Source: an uncultured Gammaproteobacteria bacterium
Lineage (GTDB): Bacteria; Patescibacteriota; Microgenomatia; Levybacterales; GWA1-39-11
DNA: 64,000 bases
NCBI GenBank assembly: GCA_964511305.1
Contig: CAZEEU010000001.1
Span: forward strand, 127,214-191,213
Reading direction: 5' to 3'
The first letter of the stretch is position 1; each line of letters begins with the position of its first letter. Under the pieces are notes generated by a model. That model was not told the origin of the DNA and ran no database searches. It was given only the letters and a program-made list of their open reading frames with translations. The position numbers and the translations under genes were made by a program. Positions 39,984-49,483 of this stretch are shown here, one piece after another.

Positions 39984-41041
39984 ATAAGATGACTTAGCTC
40001 TTCGCAAAAACGTTCTTTGGTAAATCTTTTTGAAGAATCTATAGCATTTTGTTGAATTTTTACAAACAAATCGTGGTCAACGGCCACCTTATGGGTAGCT
40101 TTTATTAACTCTTCTTGAGTAGACCACAAAAATCCATTCTCATTATCCTTTACGATCTCCGGTTGCCCACCTGCATTTATTACGACGGGGACTTGCCCAT
40201 ATGACATTGCCTCAACAGTAGATATGCCAAAGTGTTCCGCCCTCTCTGGATATTTTGATAAATCTTCGCCAAAACCTGATGCATGCCAATAAATAGTGGC
40301 TTTTTTATATAGATCAACAATCTGCTTGTGATCTGCATTTCTGAAAAGTGTAATGTAGGAGCTTTTAATATCGGACTCAAATTTCTTATATGAATCGAGG
40401 TCCTCATCCTGAACGCTTGTAACAATTGCCATTTTCCAACCTTTTAAGCGCTTTTTTTGAAAAAGCTTAAATGACTCCACAAGCATTGCTAGCTTTTTAA
40501 AGTCAGTACCATTCGGAAGGATGCTAAATCTTCCTACTGTCAGAATAAGCTTTTCTTTATCGCCTAACTTTTCTCTATTTGTTGAAGCAGGTGGATATAG
40601 AACAAAACTACTTGCATTGAACTTCTTGTCAATAAAGCGCTTGGTAAAGTGAGAATTGCATATTATTTTTGAAATTCGCGATTTCCTAAATAAGAAAACA
40701 AAACTATTGGTATTTAACCATTCGACCGGGAATTGAAAATGGATAAGTAACTTGCAGGCGACAATAGGAATACTACCGTCAGAAAGGTATAGTATGCGAT
40801 CATATTTGAAGGTAGAAATAAAACGTTTTAAAAATGAGTTTTGCTTTGCAAAGATATTTGGAACAACTGTGACTTTTGAAAGATCCAAATCAAACTTTTT
40901 AGAAGCCATCTCCAAAATGCCAGGGTCATCCCAAAATATTGAGACTTTATGCTCAGATGAAAGACATGAAGCAGCAGTAAAAATATACTTCTCACCACCA
41001 GTTAATGTTTTTAAATATGGTGAATAAATTCCTATATTCAT
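39977..41041 (-). CDS. GT4 glycosyltransferase
   Basis: GGEKY, CNSHFT, VGRF, EHFGISTVEAM, GGQPEIV; start refined from 41062. Confidence 0.9.
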   Translation of the reverse strand: MNIGIYSPYLKTLTGGEKYIFTAASCLSSEHKVSIFWDDPGILEMASKKFDLDLSKVTVVPNIFAKQNSFLKRFISTFKYDRILYLSDGSIPIVACKLLIHFQFPVEWLNTNSFVFLFRKSRISKIICNSHFTKRFIDKKFNASSFVLYPPASTNREKLGDKEKLILTVGRFSILPNGTDFKKLAMLVESFKLFQKKRLKGWKMAIVTSVQDEDLDSYKKFESDIKSSYITLFRNADHKQIVDLYKKATIYWHASGFGEDLSKYPERAEHFGISTVEAMSYGQVPVVINAGGQPEIVKDNENGFLWSTQEELIKATHKVAVDHDLFVKIQQNAIDSSKRFTKERFCEELSHLIW

Positions 41042-41047
41042 ATTGCG

Positions 41048-41109
41048 AGAATTAAGTATCAAGAAGTAAGTATAAAGAGCTTAATACTTTATTCTTATTG
41101 CTTAATTCT
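41048..41109. repeat. Long imperfect inverted repeat built of 7-nt units
   Basis: Arms 41048-41077 and 41080-41109; 24 of 30 positions complementary by manual alignment. Confidence 0.75.
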
Positions 41110-41115
41110 TCATAT

Positions 41116-41124
41116 ATTCTATCA
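41116..41124 (-). promoter_or_regulatory. Extended -10 box upstream of the hairpin and the GT4 gene
   Basis: Minus strand TGATAGAAT; the expected +1 falls at about 41109-41110, the base of the hairpin. Confidence 0.5.
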
Positions 41125-41127
41125 ACA

Positions 41128-41156
41128 TTGCGCAAGAAAAGCTCATGTGCTAGAGT
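41128..41156 (+). promoter_or_regulatory. Sigma70-type promoter, candidate leaderless, for the DUF5652-like gene
   Basis: TTGCGC, 17-nt spacer ending in TGC, TAGAGT, then 6 nt and the ATG at 41163. Confidence 0.55.
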
Positions 41157-41162
41157 TGATAT

Positions 41163-41408
41163 ATGAAAAATCCTGATCCACTTAGTTTTGCTCTTATCAT
41201 TCTTATTTCGGTTATACAGTTAACGATTAAAGGTTTTGCATTATGGAGAGCTTCGCAAGGCAAGCAAAGGAACTGGTTCCTTGTTCTTTTCGTACTTCTT
41301 CCAATCAACGAGTTTGGGATTGTAGAGATACTGTTCCTCTTTAAATTTGCCAAGAAAAAACTCACGCTTGCTGAAATCCAATCCTGGTTGAAGTTTGGAA
41401 AAAACTAA
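41163..41408 (+). CDS. Small membrane protein, DUF5652-like
   Basis: KGFALWRAS..KQRNWF, INEFGIVEILFL; pattern recognised from a CPR-common small protein family. Confidence 0.75.
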   Translation: MKNPDPLSFALIILISVIQLTIKGFALWRASQGKQRNWFLVLFVLLPINEFGIVEILFLFKFAKKKLTLAEIQSWLKFGKN

Positions 41409-42157
41409 ACCTTCCTCTGTTGAAGCTCCCAAAGCTTTGCGTAAGTAATAAATATCGAAAATGCTTGGTACATACCCTCTATTAATCCGTATACGCCATT
41501 TTTGTATCCTTTGTTTTTTACATAAGAATTGATAAATTCTGTTCCCATGACTCTTAAAAAGCGCCATGGAGCAAGTTGTGGGTGCTTTGATTCAAGACGT
41601 AGCTTTGCTTCAAAAAGAGACCATTCGTTTGTTTTTCTTACCATTTGAGATAAATTTCTGTGCGTAAAGTGTTGTATAGGAGACTCAATTTGATCCATGG
41701 TCCCTTTAACTTTAGGTGTTTCATGAACAACACCTGACCACTCTATAAATTTTTTCCTATAAAATAACCGCTGAACGCGATCTCTAAAATTCCAATCTTT
41801 TCCATAGTAAAAAGTTTTTCGGTGAATAAAGTAGCCAGCTATTTCACTCGTTGGATCATATTGCTTAATTTTTAGAAGTGCTTCTTTTTTAAAAGCATCA
41901 GTTAGCCTTTCGTCTGAATCTAAAAAAAGTACCCATTCCGATGTGGCATGATACATCCCAAAATTCCTTTGATCTGAAAAGTCCTTAAATGCATGCCTAA
42001 CACTCTTAACTTTGTATGAGGTGCATATTTTTTCTGTATCGTGACTATTGCTGCCATCAATCACAATTACCTCCCCAAATCCACGACAAGAGGCTATGGC
42101 ATCTGGCAGAACATCTTCATCATTTCTTGAAATTACTACAACTGTTATATTATTCAT
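41405..42157 (-). CDS. GT2, KdtX/WaaE-like
   Basis: DFSDQRN, WVLFLDSDE, VHE, HFT. Confidence 0.88.
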   Translation of the reverse strand: MNNITVVVISRNDEDVLPDAIASCRGFGEVIVIDGSNSHDTEKICTSYKVKSVRHAFKDFSDQRNFGMYHATSEWVLFLDSDERLTDAFKKEALLKIKQYDPTSEIAGYFIHRKTFYYGKDWNFRDRVQRLFYRKKFIEWSGVVHETPKVKGTMDQIESPIQHFTHRNLSQMVRKTNEWSLFEAKLRLESKHPQLAPWRFLRVMGTEFINSYVKNKGYKNGVYGLIEGMYQAFSIFITYAKLWELQQRKV

Positions 42158-44472
42158 TTTTTAAAAGCTCTTATTACCTCAATAATTATTATACCCAATA
42201 TTCCAACCATAAAAAGATAGGTGCCAATAATAAAACTCTCTGGCATATAAGAGAAAACGATTGTACTGTCCCCTTTGGGTACTACAACTCCTCTGAAAGA
42301 ATAGTCTGTTCTAAATATCTTTGAAACCCTACCATTTATTGTCGCTTTCCAGCCTGGATAGTAATTGTCAGTTAGAACTAAAAAGCTTTTTCCAGATGAA
42401 TTAACATTAATTTCAATCCTGTTTGGTTCGTACTTCTTAATTTTTGTAGTTGTCTTTGCATTGAGATCAAGTTGCTCGATCTCCTCCTCAACGAAAGCAT
42501 TATTTTTTGTATCAACAGAAAATAAAGCATCTAACATTTTCTTTTTATCTTGCATGACCATTACATTATTTACAGTAAAAGCTTTGTTCTGGGCATTATT
42601 ATTTTTGTAGGCTCTATAAGAGCTATCTTCATATACTTTTGTGAACTGAGGTAGTGGATACTTGTCGAAGGGAAATGCCCAAGGAAAAGTGCCATCCGAT
42701 ATTTTATGAACGATTGTTTTAACACCAAGAAGAGATATCGCACGTGGTGTGAGATCCGAAGATAATGGGAAATTTACAACAGATCTTTCCGGAAACTGTA
42801 ACTTTCCACTTGAAACATACCCTACGAATTCCCCGTATCTTCCGATGTATAAGGGGTCGTACCCTCGCGGTATTGGTACCCGGTAGTATACAGAATCTTC
42901 TCCCCCCGATAAACCAATTGCTCTATCGTAGTGATTAAGAGAGTTATAGAACTTTGTAATTGGTACCGATACATACACAAGCTTTGGGTCATTAAATGAC
43001 TGCCACTTTGAAGAAAACCTAAGCATTTCAAATATTGATATAAGAAGAACACCAATTATTAAAGCCGTGTATATTCTTTTTTTGTTCATCACATAACCCA
43101 ACACTAATAGTGTTATTGCAACTAATGAAAAACCTACTGGCAGGATCATGTTCTTTTTAGCAATAAGTGCTTTGTCTTGTGACATTAATCCAATAAATGG
43201 AACAACAGAAACAATTAATATGCAGCCAATCAAAATGCACAAAGGTAAAAATACTTTTTTGTTTTTCTTAACAATCAGCTTATTAATTGCATCAAAACCA
43301 AAGCCGCTCAACATAGCAACGGAAAAACTGAAAAGAACTATAATCCTGCTTGCTGCACTTGTCGAGAGAACTGGTACCTTCAGATTTACCAACAAAGTCA
43401 AAAGAGGCGTATCATACGCAAGAAGTAGCGAAAGAAATAAAAGTATAACAAAAAATATCACATGCTTATTCCTAATAACAAATGCTGAACTAATTGCAAA
43501 AAGTAATGTTATTGCTCCTGCATACCCATTCCATTCAGCATAATGCCCGAACCAATCATTGCGAGTTACTGGATTTCCATAGTAATCAGGCGCTATAAGG
43601 GTTGGTAAATATGCCCATGGAATTGCCTCAAACTTCTGAAAAAGCCCACTTCGCACACTTTGCGTGTAAAATTCTATTGAGGGCAAGACCTGTGGAGCGC
43701 AGAGTAATATCCCGAAAAAAACATATTGAAATAAATAAAGGTATCTCCTCTTTTCTTTTTGAAACAACGATCCAAACAGTAAATACATGGATAATCCCAA
43801 TAAGAAGTATAAGCTTGTCTGAAAATGACCACTGAAAAAAGACAGGGGGATGCACAAAGACATAATCGCAGCATATCTGTGCTTTTGAGAGGCCACATAT
43901 TTTTCAATGGCAAAAAGACTTAGAGGTAACGGGAGTATGGCGTAAGCAAGAGTCGCATAACCCATCCATGTAACAATAAATCCACAGAACATGAATGCAA
44001 CAGCTGCCTGAAGACTACCCTTTTCAGATATTTTTAGGGTTCTTGAGAAAATATATGCAAATAGTCCAGCAAGAAGTGGCTGTAACACAACAAGAATTCC
44101 CCACGCAGTAATAAATTTAACAGGAAGAAAGAAGAAAATATTATAAAAAGAAAGAACAGCAGACTGGTAATTAGCTAAATGAGGTGTTCCGGAAAAACTA
44201 AATGGATTCCAAAATGGTATCGATCCGTGCTTTAACTCTTCTATTGCAAAATATCTCCATGGATAAATTTGCCCAATAATATCAGGTTGTGCGTTGTTCT
44301 TTACTGGACCTGCCATGCCTTCGTATTGAGTCCATGGCTGAAAAAAATTGACTTGATAGTCAGATGGATATGGTGTCTTACCGAAAAGAAGGAAAGGGGA
44401 TGCAAAGATTCCCCAAATAAGCAAAATGAAAAGAAAATACTTTAGCCGTATTATGTTTTTTAAATAATCCAT
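42154..44472 (-). CDS. YfhO-family GT-C membrane protein
   Basis: PDIIGQIYPWR, PFWNPFSFSGTP, SGHFQ, YYGNP, GYDPLY, YYPGWKA, terminal TM. Confidence 0.85.
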   Translation of the reverse strand: MDYLKNIIRLKYFLFILLIWGIFASPFLLFGKTPYPSDYQVNFFQPWTQYEGMAGPVKNNAQPDIIGQIYPWRYFAIEELKHGSIPFWNPFSFSGTPHLANYQSAVLSFYNIFFFLPVKFITAWGILVVLQPLLAGLFAYIFSRTLKISEKGSLQAAVAFMFCGFIVTWMGYATLAYAILPLPLSLFAIEKYVASQKHRYAAIMSLCIPLSFFSGHFQTSLYFLLGLSMYLLFGSLFQKEKRRYLYLFQYVFFGILLCAPQVLPSIEFYTQSVRSGLFQKFEAIPWAYLPTLIAPDYYGNPVTRNDWFGHYAEWNGYAGAITLLFAISSAFVIRNKHVIFFVILLFLSLLLAYDTPLLTLLVNLKVPVLSTSAASRIIVLFSFSVAMLSGFGFDAINKLIVKKNKKVFLPLCILIGCILIVSVVPFIGLMSQDKALIAKKNMILPVGFSLVAITLLVLGYVMNKKRIYTALIIGVLLISIFEMLRFSSKWQSFNDPKLVYVSVPITKFYNSLNHYDRAIGLSGGEDSVYYRVPIPRGYDPLYIGRYGEFVGYVSSGKLQFPERSVVNFPLSSDLTPRAISLLGVKTIVHKISDGTFPWAFPFDKYPLPQFTKVYEDSSYRAYKNNNAQNKAFTVNNVMVMQDKKKMLDALFSVDTKNNAFVEEEIEQLDLNAKTTTKIKKYEPNRIEINVNSSGKSFLVLTDNYYPGWKATINGRVSKIFRTDYSFRGVVVPKGDSTIVFSYMPESFIIGTYLFMVGILGIIIIEVIRAFKK

Positions 44473-44487
44473 TTTTTTAGAAAAAGT

Positions 44488-46134
44488 CTATTTTTTAATT
44501 CTTGAACTATATTTTTTATAGATAAGAGAACTGACAATTCCTGTTAGAAATATAAAAGCTACTAGTGAAAGAGCGTTTGAAAGCATCCTCAATTTTGTAT
44601 CAGTAAAAACTATTGAAATCTTATGAACCCCCGGATTCAATTGATAGGTTATAAGCCCTCTATTTGCAGGGTCTTGAAATTCAATATCAAGCTTCTTTCC
44701 ATTGTCAAATACTGACCACCCAGGAAAGTACAATGTGTTTTCCCGAATTCTACCCCCTGAGGTAGTGGTAATTAAATATTCATGATTTATCGATGTTCTT
44801 TTTATTTCTTGTATACTGCCAGTCCCCTCGATAACTTCGGCATTGGCCTTGGCCTCCCTCTCCATAAATCTAACGGACCAAATTGGGGAACTTTCTCCAG
44901 TGTCGGTCGTACCGTGGTAAATATTTTCGTAGAATGAATCCGGAATTACTTTGTATTCTTTTGCCTTCCAATAAGAGAACGTTGGCAAGATAGCAAATAG
45001 CATGAGGCATACAATAACCAACGTTCGCATTTTTCCCTTTTTAACAAAAAGCAAAGTGGAAGGGGTTATAACAGCACAAAGAAAAACCGATAAGCTTAAA
45101 AATCGCCAGGGGAACTGAAATTTCTTAAAAGTGGTAATTACGTCATATAAAAAGTTTGAATACGATAAAGTTAAAAATAATGATGCTGCCAACATAATAA
45201 GCAGACCCATAAAAAATGCCCGATATTCTTTTGACTTACTTCTTATAAATAACAATGGTACCAAAAGGATCCCAAGAACATTTACTAAGCCTATTTGTGT
45301 TGTAAATTGCCCTGTAATTCCATAGCTCCATGGTCCATACAGCAAAGACAACGGGCTAGTGATGAATCGAGTTTTATATTCATCCCCAGTTACGATATCT
45401 CTAAGGGTGAATTTGCCCTCTAAAAATGCAGGAATTACAAAAAAAGAAGAAAGTAAAAATCCTATTAAAAATGCTGAGAAGATAGGTATAAGCCTCTTGT
45501 ACTTTTGCTTACTTACGGCTAGAAAAAGTACGTACAATAAAAATACAGGACAGAACATTAAGCTAATCGCATTATGAGCTAGCAACAATAAACCAAATGC
45601 GCCACTTACACCCACAAGAGACCCACTTAGATATCTTTTATCAGAAAAGTATCTATGAATAAAAAACATTATCAAGGGAGGAAAGATAAATGCCATATGT
45701 TCTCCAATAGCACCTCTCACATAAAGGTCTATGAATCTATATGGCGCATACATGTATATTACGGAACTTATCAATGCATATTCCTCTCCAAACTGCTCCT
45801 TTACCCATAGATACATCGTTAAACCGCTTGCTACAAAGCCTAATGCAAAAATTATTTTCAACGAATCTACAAAAGAAAAACCAATTAGATGAAAAACGGA
45901 AGCAAAATAAGAAGAAAAAGGGTACAAAAACATGAGTACCGGGTGTCCATAACCCCAATTTAAATTTGCTCCCCAACGGGGGAACCATACTCCATCTGTA
46001 AGTCCCAGATAGAAATTAGCAATACGAGCCACATGATCAGTACCATCATGCGTAATAGGTAAACCCGGGGTTAATAGGTTAAATAAAGGTAGTAGACCCA
46101 ATAAAATAATAAGAAGCAAGGATTTATTTTTCAT
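44488..46134 (-). CDS. 'PTPS-related domain' GT-C membrane protein
   Basis: THDGTDHVAR, PRWG..NWGYGHP, YVRGAIGE, QFPWRF, YFPGW; start refined from 46176. Confidence 0.82.
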   Translation of the reverse strand: MKNKSLLLIILLGLLPLFNLLTPGLPITHDGTDHVARIANFYLGLTDGVWFPRWGANLNWGYGHPVLMFLYPFSSYFASVFHLIGFSFVDSLKIIFALGFVASGLTMYLWVKEQFGEEYALISSVIYMYAPYRFIDLYVRGAIGEHMAFIFPPLIMFFIHRYFSDKRYLSGSLVGVSGAFGLLLLAHNAISLMFCPVFLLYVLFLAVSKQKYKRLIPIFSAFLIGFLLSSFFVIPAFLEGKFTLRDIVTGDEYKTRFITSPLSLLYGPWSYGITGQFTTQIGLVNVLGILLVPLLFIRSKSKEYRAFFMGLLIMLAASLFLTLSYSNFLYDVITTFKKFQFPWRFLSLSVFLCAVITPSTLLFVKKGKMRTLVIVCLMLFAILPTFSYWKAKEYKVIPDSFYENIYHGTTDTGESSPIWSVRFMEREAKANAEVIEGTGSIQEIKRTSINHEYLITTTSGGRIRENTLYFPGWSVFDNGKKLDIEFQDPANRGLITYQLNPGVHKISIVFTDTKLRMLSNALSLVAFIFLTGIVSSLIYKKYSSRIKK

Positions 46135-46144
46135 TCTTGATATA

Positions 46145-47062
46145 TTATTTCCCAGGCATATAACTTCCCTTTCCAAGTCTTCGAATAAGAAAATCCTTAA
46201 CTGCTATTTTTTGCCATGGGCGTCCGGTCAGCAAAATCCTGCCAGCCTCTTTTAGCAGCAACGCTTTTACTTTTGGACTGGCATATTTCATTCCAAAAAT
46301 TAATTTGTTTCGAGTTAGATAGTAATCGTGAAGCGTAGAACCTGAGCCTGAAGATCCTGCGTTATTGTGCCATACAATACCCTTTGGGGCGTATATAAGA
46401 TCGTAACCTTTTCTTATTAATTTCGTACTTAAATCTGCATCTTCATAGTATAAGAAGTAACGTTTATCAAATAACCCTACCTCATTAATGATATTTCTCT
46501 TCAAGAGTAAGCATGCTCCGGTCGCAAATGTAATTTTGCTTTTTTTGTCAAATTGACCCGCATCAACATCGTCTAATCCTATATGCGTTGAAACAACATT
46601 TCCCCAATCAATTTTTCCTCCTGCATACCATATAACCTTTCCGAGTTCTGTTTGCTTATAACGGTCTTTGTGATATTCTCTTCCTTTCGTAAAATAAATT
46701 TTTGGAACGACCCCGGCGATATTGTCAGGTATAATTTCATCAACCAAAACTTGGATGCAACTCATCTCTAACAAACTATCGTTATTCAGTAACAGAAAAA
46801 GGTCGCTGCCATCATTTCGAGTCCTCTCGTAAATCAAGTTATGTCCGCCTGTAAAACCTAGGTTTGTCTCGATTCGTTCGACAACAAGACCAATTTTTTT
46901 ATATTTAGAAACATTTATATCAAGCCTCTCCTTTGAACCGTTATCAAGGACATAAACACTCATTTCAAAACCATCAATTTTTGATTTAAGAAGCGTTTCA
47001 AGGCAATCAACCGTGTCTTGAGAGCTATTATAGTGAAGAATCGAAACGGTAACTTTATGCAT
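46145..47062 (-). CDS. GT2 glycosyltransferase (WbbL-like)
   Basis: LDNGS, NLGFTGGHN, LLNND, TGAC, YYEDAD. Confidence 0.9.
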   Translation of the reverse strand: MHKVTVSILHYNSSQDTVDCLETLLKSKIDGFEMSVYVLDNGSKERLDINVSKYKKIGLVVERIETNLGFTGGHNLIYERTRNDGSDLFLLLNNDSLLEMSCIQVLVDEIIPDNIAGVVPKIYFTKGREYHKDRYKQTELGKVIWYAGGKIDWGNVVSTHIGLDDVDAGQFDKKSKITFATGACLLLKRNIINEVGLFDKRYFLYYEDADLSTKLIRKGYDLIYAPKGIVWHNNAGSSGSGSTLHDYYLTRNKLIFGMKYASPKVKALLLKEAGRILLTGRPWQKIAVKDFLIRRLGKGSYMPGK

Positions 47063-47961
47063 TACGGTAGTACCTTTCGTTGGATTTTGTATATGTTTTT
47101 CTTCAATGAATTTTTTTCTTCTGTTATTTTTTTATCATACTTCCAATACCTAAATTCCCTTCCGATCATCTTTTGGCCCTCTATTAAAATTTTATGAGTA
47201 TTCTTATCCTCAGGATAATTGTTAGCCTCCCAAAGCCTTAGAAAAACTACAAAATGATAAAATGCCTGAAGTAAAGACAAGATAAGACCATGCATCCCAT
47301 CTCGGTAACCCTGTTTTGCAAAATATCGAGTTATAAATTCAGAAAGCGGCATCTTAACAGCATCAATTGATTTATATGCATATCCATTTGAAAGCAAGTT
47401 CTCTGCTTCAGAAACGGTATAAGTCTTGACCATTTTGTTCAAAAATTGTGAGATATTCTCGTAATTTAGATGAAGCATTGGATTTTCAAGCTGTGCCGTA
47501 GCCCCTTCTACTCGTAAAAATTCATGAACATGCTTTTCTTCAAATTTTCCTTTATCTTTCTTAAAAAGTCGAAGCTGTGGATCTGGATACCACCCAGTGT
47601 GCTCAATCCATTTTCCAAATATAATATTTTTTCTTGGTATGAAATATCCATTGACTGTTGACTCATTATCTAAGTGCTCAATTTCTTGTGAAAGCTCATG
47701 AGTAACCCTCTCGTCAGCATCCAAACAAAGTATCCAGCTGTTTGTGGCTTTTGTAAAACCATAATTTTTATTTACATTAAGCATTGGATTATTTGCTCGA
47801 GTAAATACAATCGCACCATTCTTTTTTGCAATTGATGCTGTATCATCGGCAGACGTGTTATCAACAACAATTATCTCTGCGGCAATTTTTTTGACAGAGC
47901 TGATACATTCCTCTATTTTTTTCTCTTCATTAAAGGCTGAAATAACAACAGAAACTTTCAT
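47062..47961 (-). CDS. GT2, KdtX/WaaE-like
   Basis: AFNEE, LDADE, PRKN, WYPDPQLRLF, VHE, GYRDG. Confidence 0.9.
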   Translation of the reverse strand: MKVSVVISAFNEEKKIEECISSVKKIAAEIIVVDNTSADDTASIAKKNGAIVFTRANNPMLNVNKNYGFTKATNSWILCLDADERVTHELSQEIEHLDNESTVNGYFIPRKNIIFGKWIEHTGWYPDPQLRLFKKDKGKFEEKHVHEFLRVEGATAQLENPMLHLNYENISQFLNKMVKTYTVSEAENLLSNGYAYKSIDAVKMPLSEFITRYFAKQGYRDGMHGLILSLLQAFYHFVVFLRLWEANNYPEDKNTHKILIEGQKMIGREFRYWKYDKKITEEKNSLKKNIYKIQRKVLP

Positions 47962-47967
47962 AATATT

Positions 47968-47976
47968 AGTGTATCA
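47968..47976 (-). promoter_or_regulatory. Extended -10 box, candidate leaderless promoter
   Basis: TGATACACT followed by 6 nt and then the ATG at 47961. Confidence 0.5.
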
Positions 47977-48009
47977 AAAATAGCTTTCTCTATAATAACA
48001 ATCCCATGC

Positions 48010-49467
48010 TCATTTTTTGGCTCTTATTGCTTTTACCACAAATACAAGAGTCTTAGTCAATTCTTCTCTTGCCATAAAGAACATTGCCCCGGCATACACT
48101 CCCAAAGACAGAATTCCAAAAATAACCATCATAAGAAAAGACGTAACAAAGACACTTGTGACATATGAAAATCCAAACATAAGAATGGCGGCTAAAAATT
48201 GCTTATAGGTTGTTGATATAGCTGAAAATTCAACATAACGTCTTGCAACAAAAAATACCCCAACTGAAGTAAGAGCAACTGCAAATGAAGCAGCAGCAAC
48301 ACCGTTATACCCCATGAGTGGGATGAGAATAAGCGTTGTGCCCCATATCATAATTGTCCAGAAGATCATGAAATACAACGTGACCTTGACCTTGCCAATA
48401 GCATTCAAAAAGTTAGTAAGAGGTGTAGAGACAGATGAAATTACGCTACCAAGAGAGAAGAACATTATTGACATAATTGCAGGTTCCCATTTGTGATAAC
48501 GCGGAATGAAATCTATCAGATAAGGCGAATAGGCAATGATTCCGGCAGCAACCGGAAAGATTGCAAAAGCTATCAGAAAGATTGACTTTTCGATAGCTAT
48601 TTTCAGAGCTGCTCTATCATCTTGTAGTCTAGCAAAAGATGGAAATGTGATTTTTATAATATTATCCATAACTAACCTAAGAGGAAGATAGGCTACCCGT
48701 TGAGCAAACCCGATATATCCAAGTTGTGCTTTTGGAAGTAGACCTCCCAAAAATATTGTTAAAAAATCATCCTTAAAAAGAGCTAGTATGCTGTTTGTCT
48801 GAAAAGGTATTCCAAATGAAATAAGACTTTTAAAAGATTTTTTGTCGAAGCCAAGACCTATCGGCCACGATTGCACCCCATAAGTCGCTACCAATCCGAC
48901 AATGCTTCTAAAAAGAACTGCCAGGATAAAGCTTGTTACACCAAGTCCTGAAATAGCGCATATTACGAGAGTTGCATTATATGTAATATTCTCAAGCACT
49001 TGAGGAACTACTAGTCTATTGTAGTCTAGTTTTCTTTCTAAAATAATGGTTGGAATTGTTCTGAGTGAGGTTAGGAAAAATGAAATGAGAAGTACAACAA
49101 GTAGGATATGCCCAGATTCACCCAACTTGTAAAAGGATGCAAGATTTCCAGACAAAAGGATTGCCGGTACTACAAGGCACAAAACGAGTGCCTGTTGAAT
49201 AGTAAAAACTGTTCGAAGATCTGTCTTGGTAGGCTCTTCTTTCTTCTGTATTAATGAAGCAGCAAGGCCTATATCCTGAAAGTAATTAAAGAAAACAATA
49301 ATTGAAGATACTACAAAAAATGTTCCGAAAGTCTCTGGCTCAAGATAAAGAGTGAGAACTACACTTGAGGCTACACCTAAAAGCTGTATAAGAAATGATC
49401 TGGAAACTAAAGCAAAAACCCCTTTTACAGATTTCGTCGCGATGGCATGCAATTCATTTTCGTCCAT
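48010..49467 (-). CDS. Wzx/WzxC-type oligosaccharide flippase
   Basis: LEPETFG, DIGLAASLIQK, LERKL, ITFPSFARLQ; start refined from 49539. Confidence 0.88.
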   Translation of the reverse strand: MDENELHAIATKSVKGVFALVSRSFLIQLLGVASSVVLTLYLEPETFGTFFVVSSIIVFFNYFQDIGLAASLIQKKEEPTKTDLRTVFTIQQALVLCLVVPAILLSGNLASFYKLGESGHILLVVLLISFFLTSLRTIPTIILERKLDYNRLVVPQVLENITYNATLVICAISGLGVTSFILAVLFRSIVGLVATYGVQSWPIGLGFDKKSFKSLISFGIPFQTNSILALFKDDFLTIFLGGLLPKAQLGYIGFAQRVAYLPLRLVMDNIIKITFPSFARLQDDRAALKIAIEKSIFLIAFAIFPVAAGIIAYSPYLIDFIPRYHKWEPAIMSIMFFSLGSVISSVSTPLTNFLNAIGKVKVTLYFMIFWTIMIWGTTLILIPLMGYNGVAAASFAVALTSVGVFFVARRYVEFSAISTTYKQFLAAILMFGFSYVTSVFVTSFLMMVIFGILSLGVYAGAMFFMAREELTKTLVFVVKAIRAKK

Positions 49468-49483
49468 ATGTACTCTTCTTCTA

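Noticed and set aside
41048-41109. Rho-independent terminator, CRISPR remnant or tRNA
   Set aside because: It sits between divergent gene starts, has an AT-rich stem without a U-tail, no repeat-spacer pattern and no cloverleaf.
41102-41113. Minus-strand mini-ORF ATG-AAG-AAT-TAA (MKN) as a leader peptide
   Set aside because: The ATG is only 2 nt from the candidate -10 box, so it is probably not in the transcript.
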